Assembly (NCBI GenBank): GCA_030426585.1
Contig: JAUHYH010000001.1
Coordinates: 1 to 57,954 of the forward strand
DNA length: 57,954 nt
Reading direction: 5' to 3'
Source: Bacteriovoracia bacterium
GTDB lineage: Bacteria > Bdellovibrionota > Bacteriovoracia > Bacteriovoracales > Bacteriovoracaceae
In this document: piece after piece, positions 30,129 through 38,834 of the stretch
Position numbering within the stretch: the stretch's first letter is position 1
Layout of the letters: the number at the start of each line of letters is the position of its first letter
Translations under genes and position numbers: made by a program
Notes under the pieces: generated by a model
The model's database searches: none
What the model was told of the DNA's origin: nothing
The model's input: only the letters and a program-made list of their open reading frames with translations

Positions 30129-30608
30129 TCAGGGAAAAAGTCTAAGAACAAAATAACTTACTATCGCTGCATAAATTCCTGCCACTAAATCATCGTGGAT
30201 GATTGCGTTAACCTTATCGCTTTTATCAAAGTAACTTGCTGGAAAGGGTTTCCAGATATCGAAGGCGCGAAAGAAAACAAAAAGTATAGCGGCAGCTAAG
30301 TGACTTTGCTCTGTGATGGGGAGGTTGTTAAGAATTATTGCTCCGAGTAAAAGGCCAGAAACTTCATCTTGAACTACCCACTTAGGATCCTTCTCTCCTC
30401 CACCAAATAAACGCATATAGAGACCCAATAGAAAGTAATTAAAAAAAGTAATCGTAGCAAAAAGTATAAACCCTTCTAGTTTGGAATCGCTTTGCAGGCA
30501 GAGGTAAGCTAAGGGAAGTGCTGCAATGCTCCCCATTGTTCCCGGGGCATACGGGATAAAACCAACTCCGAGGAAAGATAGATAAAATCGAAGTGAGTTT
30601 TTAAGCAA
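30129..30608 (-). CDS. pgpA: Phosphatidylglycerophosphatase A
   Basis: GFIPYAPGTMGSIAALPL and FRAFDIWKPFP are PgpA motifs. TTG start. Confidence 0.8.
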   Translation of the reverse strand: MLKNSLRFYLSFLGVGFIPYAPGTMGSIAALPLAYLCLQSDSKLEGFILFATITFFNYFLLGLYMRLFGGGEKDPKWVVQDEVSGLLLGAIILNNLPITEQSHLAAAILFVFFRAFDIWKPFPASYFDKSDKVNAIIHDDLVAGIYAAIVSYFVLRLFP

Positions 30609-30656
30609 GTGACCTTCCTTGTTATTGAAGCCAAATTATCTAATAATGTTGGCTCC

Positions 30657-31910
30657 ATGGAAAGAAAAGACTTTGAAAGCGAATTCTACCTTAATTTTGA
30701 ATTGTTAGATGTCATTCTTACTAATAAATCCGCCCTTGATTCAGCATCATTCCTTGGACAAGTTAAAAATGAAGAAGACGTTCTTAATTTCCTGCATGGT
30801 TATGGGATTAATATAGATAAACCTATTGAGAATGCTGAACTGTTTGGAAACTACCAAGAGGCATTACAGTTTATTAGAAAGTATTTTCTTAAAACCGGTA
30901 AGAAAGAAGGGTTAGATTTAAAAATCCCCAATGAACTACTTGGAATTACAGATATTTCTAAATTGTTTTTACTTTCAACAGAGGGAATTAAAGACAAAAA
31001 TAAAACAGAGCTAAGTTTATGGGCTGGGATTGTTCTAAAAGTCATGCATACAATCCTTCATGTTGATAAAGACCTACGATCTAACTATTTTAATACCATT
31101 CAAACTCAAATTTTTGATCGTTACTATAAGTACATTCATCGTGATTGGATGAATCGTCTTTGTTTAAGAACTCCCGATAAGTCGAAGTTGATTCCAATTA
31201 AAGCTTTTGAAACTAAGTCAAAGAAATCTAGAGATAGTGTCATCATTAAACTTCTTCACAAAAAAGAAAACGTGGCAGAAGAATTATTTGATAGAGTTGG
31301 TATTAGATTCGTAACCTTTGAAAGAGTAGATGTTTTAAGAGTTCTTTGGTTTTTAGTTGAGAATTTTATTGTTATCCCTCACAATATTAAGCCAAGTCGT
31401 TCACATAACTCATTGATTGAATTGGAAGAATTCAGAAAGTCTTATAATAAGATTTATAAAGAAGCTATAAAAAGTAATTTATCTCAAAAGGAAATTACTA
31501 AGAGATTCCAAGAAATTGCAGAAAAGTGTGAACCCGAAATGAAAAAGAGTCCCCGTGAGATAGCAAATCGACATTCTTTTGAGGGTTATAAGGCAATTCA
31601 TTTCACCTGTAGGCAGTTAATTAAGTACACTAATCCATTCTATCAACAGTTAGCTAAGCTTAAAAAACTGGCTAAGGAAGATGAGAAAAACCCCTTATCG
31701 AAACAGGTTTTAAAGCTAGATACCTCAAGTATCTCTAAGAACTTAAGGTTCTTTTACCCTTATGAAGTTCAGATTACCGATTACGAAAGTCACAAAAGAA
31801 ACACTGAGGGTGAAGCGAGTCACAACGAGTACAAAACAGCACAGTTAAAATCTGCAATGATCAGGCTTTTTAAGCCGCTTCTAAAATTTAAAGGCCAAGA
31901 ACTTTCTTAA
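30657..31910 (+). CDS. Divergent RelA/SpoT-domain (nucleotide pyrophosphokinase fold) protein
   Basis: The ordered motifs match a synthetase-fold NTase: KSKKSRDSVIIKLLHK; DRVGIRFVT (the D-x-x-G-x-R-h-h strand); EGYKAIHFT (GY+x-h-H); and YEVQITDYESHKRNTEGEASHNEYK (E-h-Q-h-x..H..YK). Large insertions lie between the motifs. Confidence 0.5.
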   Translation: MERKDFESEFYLNFELLDVILTNKSALDSASFLGQVKNEEDVLNFLHGYGINIDKPIENAELFGNYQEALQFIRKYFLKTGKKEGLDLKIPNELLGITDISKLFLLSTEGIKDKNKTELSLWAGIVLKVMHTILHVDKDLRSNYFNTIQTQIFDRYYKYIHRDWMNRLCLRTPDKSKLIPIKAFETKSKKSRDSVIIKLLHKKENVAEELFDRVGIRFVTFERVDVLRVLWFLVENFIVIPHNIKPSRSHNSLIELEEFRKSYNKIYKEAIKSNLSQKEITKRFQEIAEKCEPEMKKSPREIANRHSFEGYKAIHFTCRQLIKYTNPFYQQLAKLKKLAKEDEKNPLSKQVLKLDTSSISKNLRFFYPYEVQITDYESHKRNTEGEASHNEYKTAQLKSAMIRLFKPLLKFKGQELS

Positions 31911-32191
31911 TCAAGTGGTGGGTCAGTAAGTAGCTCTAGAACCAACTTTTTTTTCTTTCTTTTAGAAATCTTTTGTTCGTTCATTTCTTCAACATAACCC
32001 ATTAAGGCAGCAACACTGGCTGTGTGAATGTTGAGGCCGGTGTGTTCCACTAAATCAGATTTTTCAACACTTGTTTTAACAATTTCACCTGAATTGAGGA
32101 TTTTGAGGACTGGTTCTGTTTTTTTCCCGAAGAGACTAGAGTGAGCGAGGGGAGATCCAAGAAGGGAAAACAGAAGAATCATTTCTTTCAT
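31907..32191 (-). CDS. Small exported hypothetical protein
   Basis: 94 aa with signal peptide MKEMILLFSLLGSPLAHS and a lysine-rich segment near the C-terminus. Confidence 0.4.
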   Translation of the reverse strand: MKEMILLFSLLGSPLAHSSLFGKKTEPVLKILNSGEIVKTSVEKSDLVEHTGLNIHTASVAALMGYVEEMNEQKISKRKKKKLVLELLTDPPLD

Positions 32192-32296
32192 AACATACTC
32201 CTTATGCTACAGAGCTTACTGCTCTTTTCCGTTGAGTAATTTAGTACGCTTTTAACGCTGGAGTAAAGTAAGTAAGAAGAAATTATAGGTTTGGTG

Positions 32297-33181
32297 TCAG
32301 TGTGACCCTAAAAAAGATTCTAGCCTAGTATTAATTTGATCTGGGAAATCGATCTGTGGGACGTGGCTTCCACCCTTAACCATGAATAACTCTGAGTTTT
32401 TAAGATTGTCGTGAATGAGAAGTTGGTAGCTTGGAGGAAGGACTTTGTCGTTCTCACCAATAATGACCAAGGCTGGTTGAGCAATAGTAGGAAGCTTGGG
32501 AAGCAAATTGGTATCTGTCATTTGATTAATGAGCTGGAAGAAAATATGAGGTCCTAGTTCGTTAACTTTTTTTAAGTAAAATTTTACGAAGGAGCGAGGC
32601 ACTGTTTTAGTGTTGAATCCCATGGTTCTTACAACTTCAGTTGTAATGAAATTTGTGCTAACAGCGTTCCAGATTCTATTAAAGCTCTCAGGGTATTTTT
32701 GAGAAGTTTTGGTGAGTAAGGGGATAAGAACCTTATTGAATTCATTATTCATTAAGATATTTGAAACATCAAAAACGGTACCACTTATGAGAGTTAGATT
32801 TTTAACAGATTCAGGGAACTGATTCACGTAATTCAAGCAAACATTAACACCCATGCTATGGCCAGCCATACAAACTTTTTCGATATGAAGAAAGTAGAGT
32901 AACTCATTAAGATCTTTTGAAAATTGATCGAGAGTGAGTTTAGAAAGATCATCTTTACCTGAAGACTTAAAATGTCCTCTATAATCATAAGACAAGACAG
33001 GGTAACCTTTTTTATGAAAGTATTTTAATTGAGGTTCCCAGTGTTTGAAGTTACAAACTAAGCCATAATTAAAAACAATGACAGGCTTTTCTCTTTTTAA
33101 GGAAGGATTAAAGTTTAAAATATAGTGGATCGTTTCTTTGTCAGAAGTAGTAAAGTATCTAGACTCAAAACCATTAAACAT
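32297..33181 (-). CDS. Alpha/beta-fold hydrolase
   Basis: Nucleophile elbow GHSMG, an upstream oxyanion-type region (VFNYGLV), and a C-terminal GGSHVPQ histidine motif. Confidence 0.75.
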   Translation of the reverse strand: MFNGFESRYFTTSDKETIHYILNFNPSLKREKPVIVFNYGLVCNFKHWEPQLKYFHKKGYPVLSYDYRGHFKSSGKDDLSKLTLDQFSKDLNELLYFLHIEKVCMAGHSMGVNVCLNYVNQFPESVKNLTLISGTVFDVSNILMNNEFNKVLIPLLTKTSQKYPESFNRIWNAVSTNFITTEVVRTMGFNTKTVPRSFVKFYLKKVNELGPHIFFQLINQMTDTNLLPKLPTIAQPALVIIGENDKVLPPSYQLLIHDNLKNSELFMVKGGSHVPQIDFPDQINTRLESFLGSH

Positions 33182-33183
33182 TC

Positions 33184-33585
33184 TTAATCCAAATAGCTTG
33201 TTAACTGACTGACGAGTTTTATAAGTAGAGGATTTTTCTGAGTATCCTCAAGGGCTTGATTCGTAAAGTTTCGATAAGAGTTATATTTAATATTTTCAAA
33301 ATCAACAACAGTGATCCTGAAAGCTCCGAAATCAATCTTATCACCTTTGTTGGTAACTAAAGGAAGTCGTGATCTTTTTCCATTGTGTATAACGTAGTGC
33401 TCTTCACTGTCACATTGAAAAATAAGTTTACCTTCTTGGATTTTAATTTTTATCTGAGGGTAAGGAAATACTTCTTCTTCAATAAAAAGATTTCCCGTTG
33501 GACCCATTGTAATAGAGTTTCGGTTGATTTCTCTCAGTCCGAGATAGTCCTGGTTTTTCGCATGATCAAAATTAAGACAAATCAT
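33184..33585 (-). CDS. Small FHA-like domain protein (degenerate)
   Basis: ITMGPTGNLFIEE...IKIKIQEGKLIF...VIHNGKR...NKGDKIDFGAFRITVV follows the FHA strand pattern but lacks the canonical S-x-x-H. It overlaps the recG stop by 4 nt. Confidence 0.35.
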   Translation of the reverse strand: MICLNFDHAKNQDYLGLREINRNSITMGPTGNLFIEEEVFPYPQIKIKIQEGKLIFQCDSEEHYVIHNGKRSRLPLVTNKGDKIDFGAFRITVVDFENIKYNSYRNFTNQALEDTQKNPLLIKLVSQLTSYLD

Positions 33586-35645
33586 ATATACTTATTAATA
33601 TAATCGTTTTCATACAAATTAAAAAAGCGGGCTTGATTTTCCAGAATGGCCCTATCCCCTGTAAATTCCTCGAAATCTTTTATCGCCTGTTCGAAAATTT
33701 CATTATCTTCAAGATATTCAGAGATTCTTCGTTCTAGAACAAAGCCTGACTGCTGAGCTCCAAATAAATCACCTTCTCCTCTAAAGGCGAGATCATGTTC
33801 AGAAATTTTAAATCCATCATGCTCTTTTTCAAATATTTGTAGCCGTTGCAACTGAGAGTCATTAATCTTTTTTAAGTTAACGAGAAAGCAGAATCCAGGC
33901 TTTCCGCCTCGCCCAACTCGTCCTCTTAATTGGTGAAGGGAACTAAGGCCAAAGAGTTCAGGGTTATAAATGGCCATAATTGTTGCATTGGCGACATGAA
34001 TACCAACTTCAATAACGGTAGTCGAAATCAGAATTTGAACTTCATGGTTTCTGAACTGATCTAATACACTTGAAGCTTCTTCGCTATCCATTTTTCCATG
34101 AACGCCAGAAATCTTATAACCTGGAAAGTATCTTTTATATTCATCGAGTATTTCTTCAAGAGAGTGTGAATCACGTGTTTCACTTTTTTCAATATTGGGA
34201 AGGACAACATAAACTTGTTCTCCCATATCTATTCGAGTTTTTAAAAAACTTAAATATTTTTCTAAATTTTGATGATTAACAATTCGAGTACTGATTTTTT
34301 TTCGGTTACCAGGCATTTGTTTTATAACTGAAATATCGAGATCTCTAAACTGAGTTAAACGGAGAGTTCTGGGAATAGGGGTTGCAGTCATAAGGAGACA
34401 ATGAGGGAGCACTGATTTATTAACCAAAGAAATTCTTTGTTGAACTCCAAATTTATGTTGCTCATCAATAATTGAGAAGCCGAGGTTAGAAAAAGTAACG
34501 GCTTCTTGGAAAAGACTGTGAGTACCAATTACAAGCTTAGCAGTTCCAGATGCAATTGATTCAAGAACTTCTCTTTTTTCTTTAGTTTTTAAGGATGAGG
34601 TTAGGAGCACGGTTCCAGATATTTCTTTTTCTAAGTTTTGATAATGTTGTCTTGCTAGGTTTTCTGTCGGCGCCATGAAAGCAACTTGATAGCCTTGATT
34701 AATCATGAGTTGAGCACTTACTTGAGCGATTGTTGTTTTTCCACAACCAACATCACCTTGAACGAGTCGAGAAATGGGATAGCCAAGCTTGAGATCATTA
34801 ATAATATCCTTAAGGCAAAGGTCTTGATCTTCGGTTAGTTCATAAGGGAGAGATTTTATAATCTTATTATATTCACTATCTTTAATTTCAATTTTTTTTA
34901 CGGTTCGAGAGTTTCGAACCTCTCTTCTGATCATCGCCTTGAGTTGATCAAGAAAAAACTCCTGATACTTGATTCTCTTTAAAGCTTCCGGAGGCTTTAT
35001 ATGATCATTTTTATTATGAAGAGCAAGGAGGGATTCTCCAAGGGAACTTTGATTGGGAATTTCGGGAATAATTTCGTAGAGTTCAACAGGGATCTTATCA
35101 ATAAGTTTTTCAATAAAGCCACCTTTTACCTTATTGATGGTTGGATAAAAGATTTTACCTTCTTGTTCTTCATCAGATTCGTTGAATTTAGGATTGGTTA
35201 ACTGGACATTGATTCCGAAAAAGCTAACATTGCCTTCTATTGTTATTACAGATTGATTTTGAAACTTGGTTTTAATTTTCGTCGCCATATTAGGATAAGC
35301 ATTAAACCAGGTGACTCTAAAGGCTCCTTTATCAGTAATGAGGCTTGCGCTTAAATTAAACATTCTAATTTTTCTGGCAAATATAGGTCGAGACTTCAGA
35401 TTTTTAAGGTAACCCGTTATTTGAATATAATCATTTTCTTGGCAATCTTCTGGAAAAGGATTTCTTTTAACCGGGTAGTACTTATGAGGAAAGATCCAGG
35501 CAAGATCAATTAAAGTTTGAATTCCGACTTGTTCAAGTTGCTCAACACTTTTGGGGACTTTTTTCCCTTTATATAAAGCACGAACATGTGACTGCCATTT
35601 TAGGTTATTTGTATTCGACATTCTCGACTTCGTAAGAGATGTCAC
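33582..35645 (-). CDS. recG: ATP-dependent DNA helicase RecG
   Basis: Wedge-domain N-terminus, Walker A GDVGCGKT, DEQHKFG, TATPIPRT and QLRGRVGRG are present. The start may be the second Met (35621). Confidence 0.9.
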   Translation of the reverse strand: MTSLTKSRMSNTNNLKWQSHVRALYKGKKVPKSVEQLEQVGIQTLIDLAWIFPHKYYPVKRNPFPEDCQENDYIQITGYLKNLKSRPIFARKIRMFNLSASLITDKGAFRVTWFNAYPNMATKIKTKFQNQSVITIEGNVSFFGINVQLTNPKFNESDEEQEGKIFYPTINKVKGGFIEKLIDKIPVELYEIIPEIPNQSSLGESLLALHNKNDHIKPPEALKRIKYQEFFLDQLKAMIRREVRNSRTVKKIEIKDSEYNKIIKSLPYELTEDQDLCLKDIINDLKLGYPISRLVQGDVGCGKTTIAQVSAQLMINQGYQVAFMAPTENLARQHYQNLEKEISGTVLLTSSLKTKEKREVLESIASGTAKLVIGTHSLFQEAVTFSNLGFSIIDEQHKFGVQQRISLVNKSVLPHCLLMTATPIPRTLRLTQFRDLDISVIKQMPGNRKKISTRIVNHQNLEKYLSFLKTRIDMGEQVYVVLPNIEKSETRDSHSLEEILDEYKRYFPGYKISGVHGKMDSEEASSVLDQFRNHEVQILISTTVIEVGIHVANATIMAIYNPELFGLSSLHQLRGRVGRGGKPGFCFLVNLKKINDSQLQRLQIFEKEHDGFKISEHDLAFRGEGDLFGAQQSGFVLERRISEYLEDNEIFEQAIKDFEEFTGDRAILENQARFFNLYENDYINKYI

Positions 35646-36075
35646 CTTTAGGAGCTCGAACTATTATTTCATCTCCTGCTTCTTTTCCAATAAGAGATTT
35701 TCCAAGCGGGCTTGAGTAAGAAACTTTTGCTTTGGACTCAACTGCCTCATCTTCTCCAACAATTTGAAATGTTTGAGAGCTATCTTTTTCAGGATCATAA
35801 ATAGTAACTGTTGCCCCAAAAACAATTTTTTCACCTTTCAGTTTAGACGGGTCAACGACTTGGCAATTTGCAATTTTATTCTGAAGTTCAGCAATCCTGC
35901 CTTCATTATGTCCTTGAGCTTCTTTAGCAGCGTGATATTCTGCATTTTCTTTTAAATCCCCTAGAGCACGGGCTTCAGCTAGCGCTGTTTTGATTTCTTC
36001 ACGATCAACTTTAATAAGTTTTTCAAGTTCAGCTTCAAGTTTCTGTTTACCATAAACAGTCATTGGAAAATTCAT
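35605..36075 (-). CDS. greA: Transcription elongation factor GreA
   Basis: PMTVYGKQKLEAELEKL, GDLKENAEYHAAKE and VSYSSPLGKSLIGKEAGDEI are present. Confidence 0.9.
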   Translation of the reverse strand: MNFPMTVYGKQKLEAELEKLIKVDREEIKTALAEARALGDLKENAEYHAAKEAQGHNEGRIAELQNKIANCQVVDPSKLKGEKIVFGATVTIYDPEKDSSQTFQIVGEDEAVESKAKVSYSSPLGKSLIGKEAGDEIIVRAPKGDISYEVENVEYK

Positions 36076-36084
36076 TTTTTATCC

Positions 36085-36369
36085 TTAGTTTTTAAAAAGT
36101 GAATTGGCTTTGGCGAGTAGGTCATTCTTTTCGTCTTTAAGCGAGACACCTGTGTTGAGTTTAAAATAATCACAGTAATTAGACTTTTCTTTTTCAGTGA
36201 TCCTATCGGCCATGGGTTCTTTACATTCGTTATAGGAGTTTTTGTCATAGAAATCACACATAAGGCAGCAATGAAGATAAGCATTGCAGTGGTCGCAACT
36301 GTCGAGTCTACCGAGTTTAGCATCGGGAAATTCTGTAGGTTTATTGCAACTATAACAAGTGACTTTCAT
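36085..36369 (-). CDS. Cysteine-rich small protein (putative zinc ribbon)
   Basis: 94 aa with C-x2-C...C-x2-C...CC-x2-C...C...C spacing (CYSCNK..CDHCNAYLHCCLMCDFY..C..C). Confidence 0.5.
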   Translation of the reverse strand: MKVTCYSCNKPTEFPDAKLGRLDSCDHCNAYLHCCLMCDFYDKNSYNECKEPMADRITEKEKSNYCDYFKLNTGVSLKDEKNDLLAKANSLFKN

Positions 36370-36377
36370 AGATTTCC

Positions 36378-36890
36378 TTAAAAACTATTAGAGTAACCAA
36401 AGTTAACGCCAACTCCTCCTCCATTTTCTTCGTTATCCTTGTATGGAGAAAAATAGATTTGAGGGCGATTCCTTTTATTATATTCATCTATCGATCGAAT
36501 CAAGTTTTTTTCGTTCTGATAGAGCATTGTTTTAGAAACGAACAGGTTAAGAATGATGACTCCTAGCCCAGTTGCAACCAACGCATTTCGACTAAAAATC
36601 CCTTCTTGATCCTTTGAGGTTAAAAGTCCGGCGAGGCTAATCCCAATTCCAATTGTGCTAATGGCAGCACTGTTTTTACTTGGTTTACTTTGTTCTTGGT
36701 AAACGTGGAGATATTCTTTTGCGATAGGATCTCTATTTAAATAAAACTTAAGTCCATCACCGCGAACCGAAGAACTTGAGTCAACTAAGACTTCTTGGTA
36801 GTTGATATAAGCGACTCTACTGCAAGATTGCGCCGACCAAACTCGAGCAGTTTGAAACAAAAAAACAATTCCGATCAAGAACTTCATCAA
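36378..36890 (-). CDS. Hypothetical exported/membrane protein
   Basis: Signal peptide MMKFLIGIVFLFQTARVWS, two internal hydrophobic helices, and a glycine-rich end finishing in F. Confidence 0.45.
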   Translation of the reverse strand: MMKFLIGIVFLFQTARVWSAQSCSRVAYINYQEVLVDSSSSVRGDGLKFYLNRDPIAKEYLHVYQEQSKPSKNSAAISTIGIGISLAGLLTSKDQEGIFSRNALVATGLGVIILNLFVSKTMLYQNEKNLIRSIDEYNKRNRPQIYFSPYKDNEENGGGVGVNFGYSNSF

Positions 36891-36981
36891 ATTTAGGCCT
36901 AAGCTTTCCGCTTATTTAGCAAAGCGTAAAAGTATTTTAACATAATAAGAGAAAGGAAAAAGGTTTAAATAAAATCTAGTT

Positions 36982-38694
36982 ATGGATTTAGTAAAAACAG
37001 GCGCTGGCCTGACTAAGACGATTAAGAATGTGGGGCGTTTGCGCGAAATACTTTCAGTATTAGCAACGAATGGTTTTGATGAATTTATTCTACAAACAAA
37101 ACTTCATGAAAAAATTGGCTTCGTTCTACCAAGGGCCCGGTTAAAGTCAGCTTTATCAGAAAAAAGAGATGATGAACTTTGGGGTTCAGTTGGTTATCGC
37201 TTAAGAAAATCTTTTGAAACTTTGGGCCCGGGGTTTATTAAACTTGGTCAATTGATTGCTTCTCGAGAAGATCTTTTTCATAAAGATTTTATCTGGGAGA
37301 TGAAAAAACTTCAAAACAATGTTGCAGCAGGTGAGTTTTTAAACTTTGAAAATGTTTTAAAGTCTAACCTTGGAGATAATTATAAAGAACTCTTTGCGAG
37401 TTTTAATGAAAAACCGATCGCGACGGCTTCAATTGGTTCCGTGTTTGAAGCAAAGCTTAAAACAGGTGATCTTGTTGTTGCAAAGGTTAGAAAGCCAAAC
37501 ATTAAAGAGATTATCGATACGGACTTTGAGCTTTTTAAACTTGTGATCTCTCAAGTAGAGAGAATTAGCGAGGATTTAAAGTACTTAGGTCTTTCAAGAA
37601 TGATTGAAGATTTCCACAGAACGGTATTGTTAGAGCTTAATTTTGTTATTGAAAAGAAAAATTTAATTAAGCTTAAAAACAATGCTGAAAAAATTGATGA
37701 GAAGAAAATTTTAAAAATACCGGAGATCTACGAAGACTTCTGCTCTGAGGAAGTTTTGGTTATGGAGTACCTTGATGGGATTCCTTTTAATGAACTTGGT
37801 AAAGATAAGGTAACACCGGAACTGGAAAGCCAGTTGATTTCGTGCACGAAAATGTTTCTCAAAAATCTTCTGTCCGATGGTTTCTTTCATGCTGATCTTC
37901 ACGGGGGAAACTTTCTGCTTTTAAAAGATGGAAGGATAGGGATCATTGATTTTGGTTCAGTGGGAACTCTCAGTAAAAAAAACAGAGGGTCGTTAATTTC
38001 TATTCTTTATTCACTTTCAAATAATAATTATGAAAATCTTGTTTATGAATTTTTAGATATTGCAGAATACGATAAAATACCCAACTACCAACTCCTTACA
38101 AGAGATATCGAACAAAACCTTGGTCCTTTCGTTGGTTTATCAGCTCAAGAGTTAAACATTACAGAACTGATGAGTGTTATTATTCTAACACTTCGTAAGC
38201 ATCAACTTTATCTTCCCCGAGAGTGGTTTATTATTTTTCGAGCTATTACCACATTAGATGGAGTAGGGAAGTCGCTTGGTCTTGATTTAAATATTTTTGA
38301 AATTATTGAAGATGATACAAAAGATATTGTAGAAATGCTGGTTTCTAAAGATCAGCTTATGGAAGAGGGGGTATGGTTCGCAAGAGATCTTATAAACTCT
38401 TTTAAAATTTTTCCGAAACACATGACTTGGTTTTTTAAAGAAATTTCAAAGAATAATTACGCTATTGAAATCAAAAGCGAATCCTTCTCAGATAGTGTCC
38501 GGCAAATGAGTAATGCTTTATATTTTCTCGGAACAACTTTGCTGTTCTCTGTACTCTTCTTTTCAGGGGTTTTTCTAGTAAAAGACACCGTTATTAATCA
38601 TCTTTCTGATATTCCTAAAATGACCGGGTTCCTCTGGTTTCTATCACTGATAGTTTTAGTCTACATGATCTATAGAGCGCCAAATTCAAAATAG
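36982..38694 (+). CDS. ABC1/UbiB-family atypical protein kinase with C-terminal TM helices
   Basis: GPGFIKLGQLIASREDLF, ATASIGSVFEAKL..G..VVAKVRKPNI and FFHADLHGGNF are ABC1 kinase motifs. There are two C-terminal TM segments. Confidence 0.85.
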   Translation: MDLVKTGAGLTKTIKNVGRLREILSVLATNGFDEFILQTKLHEKIGFVLPRARLKSALSEKRDDELWGSVGYRLRKSFETLGPGFIKLGQLIASREDLFHKDFIWEMKKLQNNVAAGEFLNFENVLKSNLGDNYKELFASFNEKPIATASIGSVFEAKLKTGDLVVAKVRKPNIKEIIDTDFELFKLVISQVERISEDLKYLGLSRMIEDFHRTVLLELNFVIEKKNLIKLKNNAEKIDEKKILKIPEIYEDFCSEEVLVMEYLDGIPFNELGKDKVTPELESQLISCTKMFLKNLLSDGFFHADLHGGNFLLLKDGRIGIIDFGSVGTLSKKNRGSLISILYSLSNNNYENLVYEFLDIAEYDKIPNYQLLTRDIEQNLGPFVGLSAQELNITELMSVIILTLRKHQLYLPREWFIIFRAITTLDGVGKSLGLDLNIFEIIEDDTKDIVEMLVSKDQLMEEGVWFARDLINSFKIFPKHMTWFFKEISKNNYAIEIKSESFSDSVRQMSNALYFLGTTLLFSVLFFSGVFLVKDTVINHLSDIPKMTGFLWFLSLIVLVYMIYRAPNSK

Positions 38695-38834
38695 CTCCCC
38701 AACTGCCAATTTTTGTTGGCGTTTTGATGATTTGCGAAATTCTAGAGCACCCTTCTCAGTGCAATTCCGAGGAAAAAACTTACAAATGATAAAATAACGT
38801 AAGGGTTTAATTTAATTATAACGACAAGGTATTG

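Noticed and set aside
30103-30189. 28-codon ORF (MTKLTVGKYSGKKSKNK...) between recA and pgpA
   Set aside because: It overlaps the 3' end of pgpA on the opposite strand, has no SD, and has a low-complexity composition.
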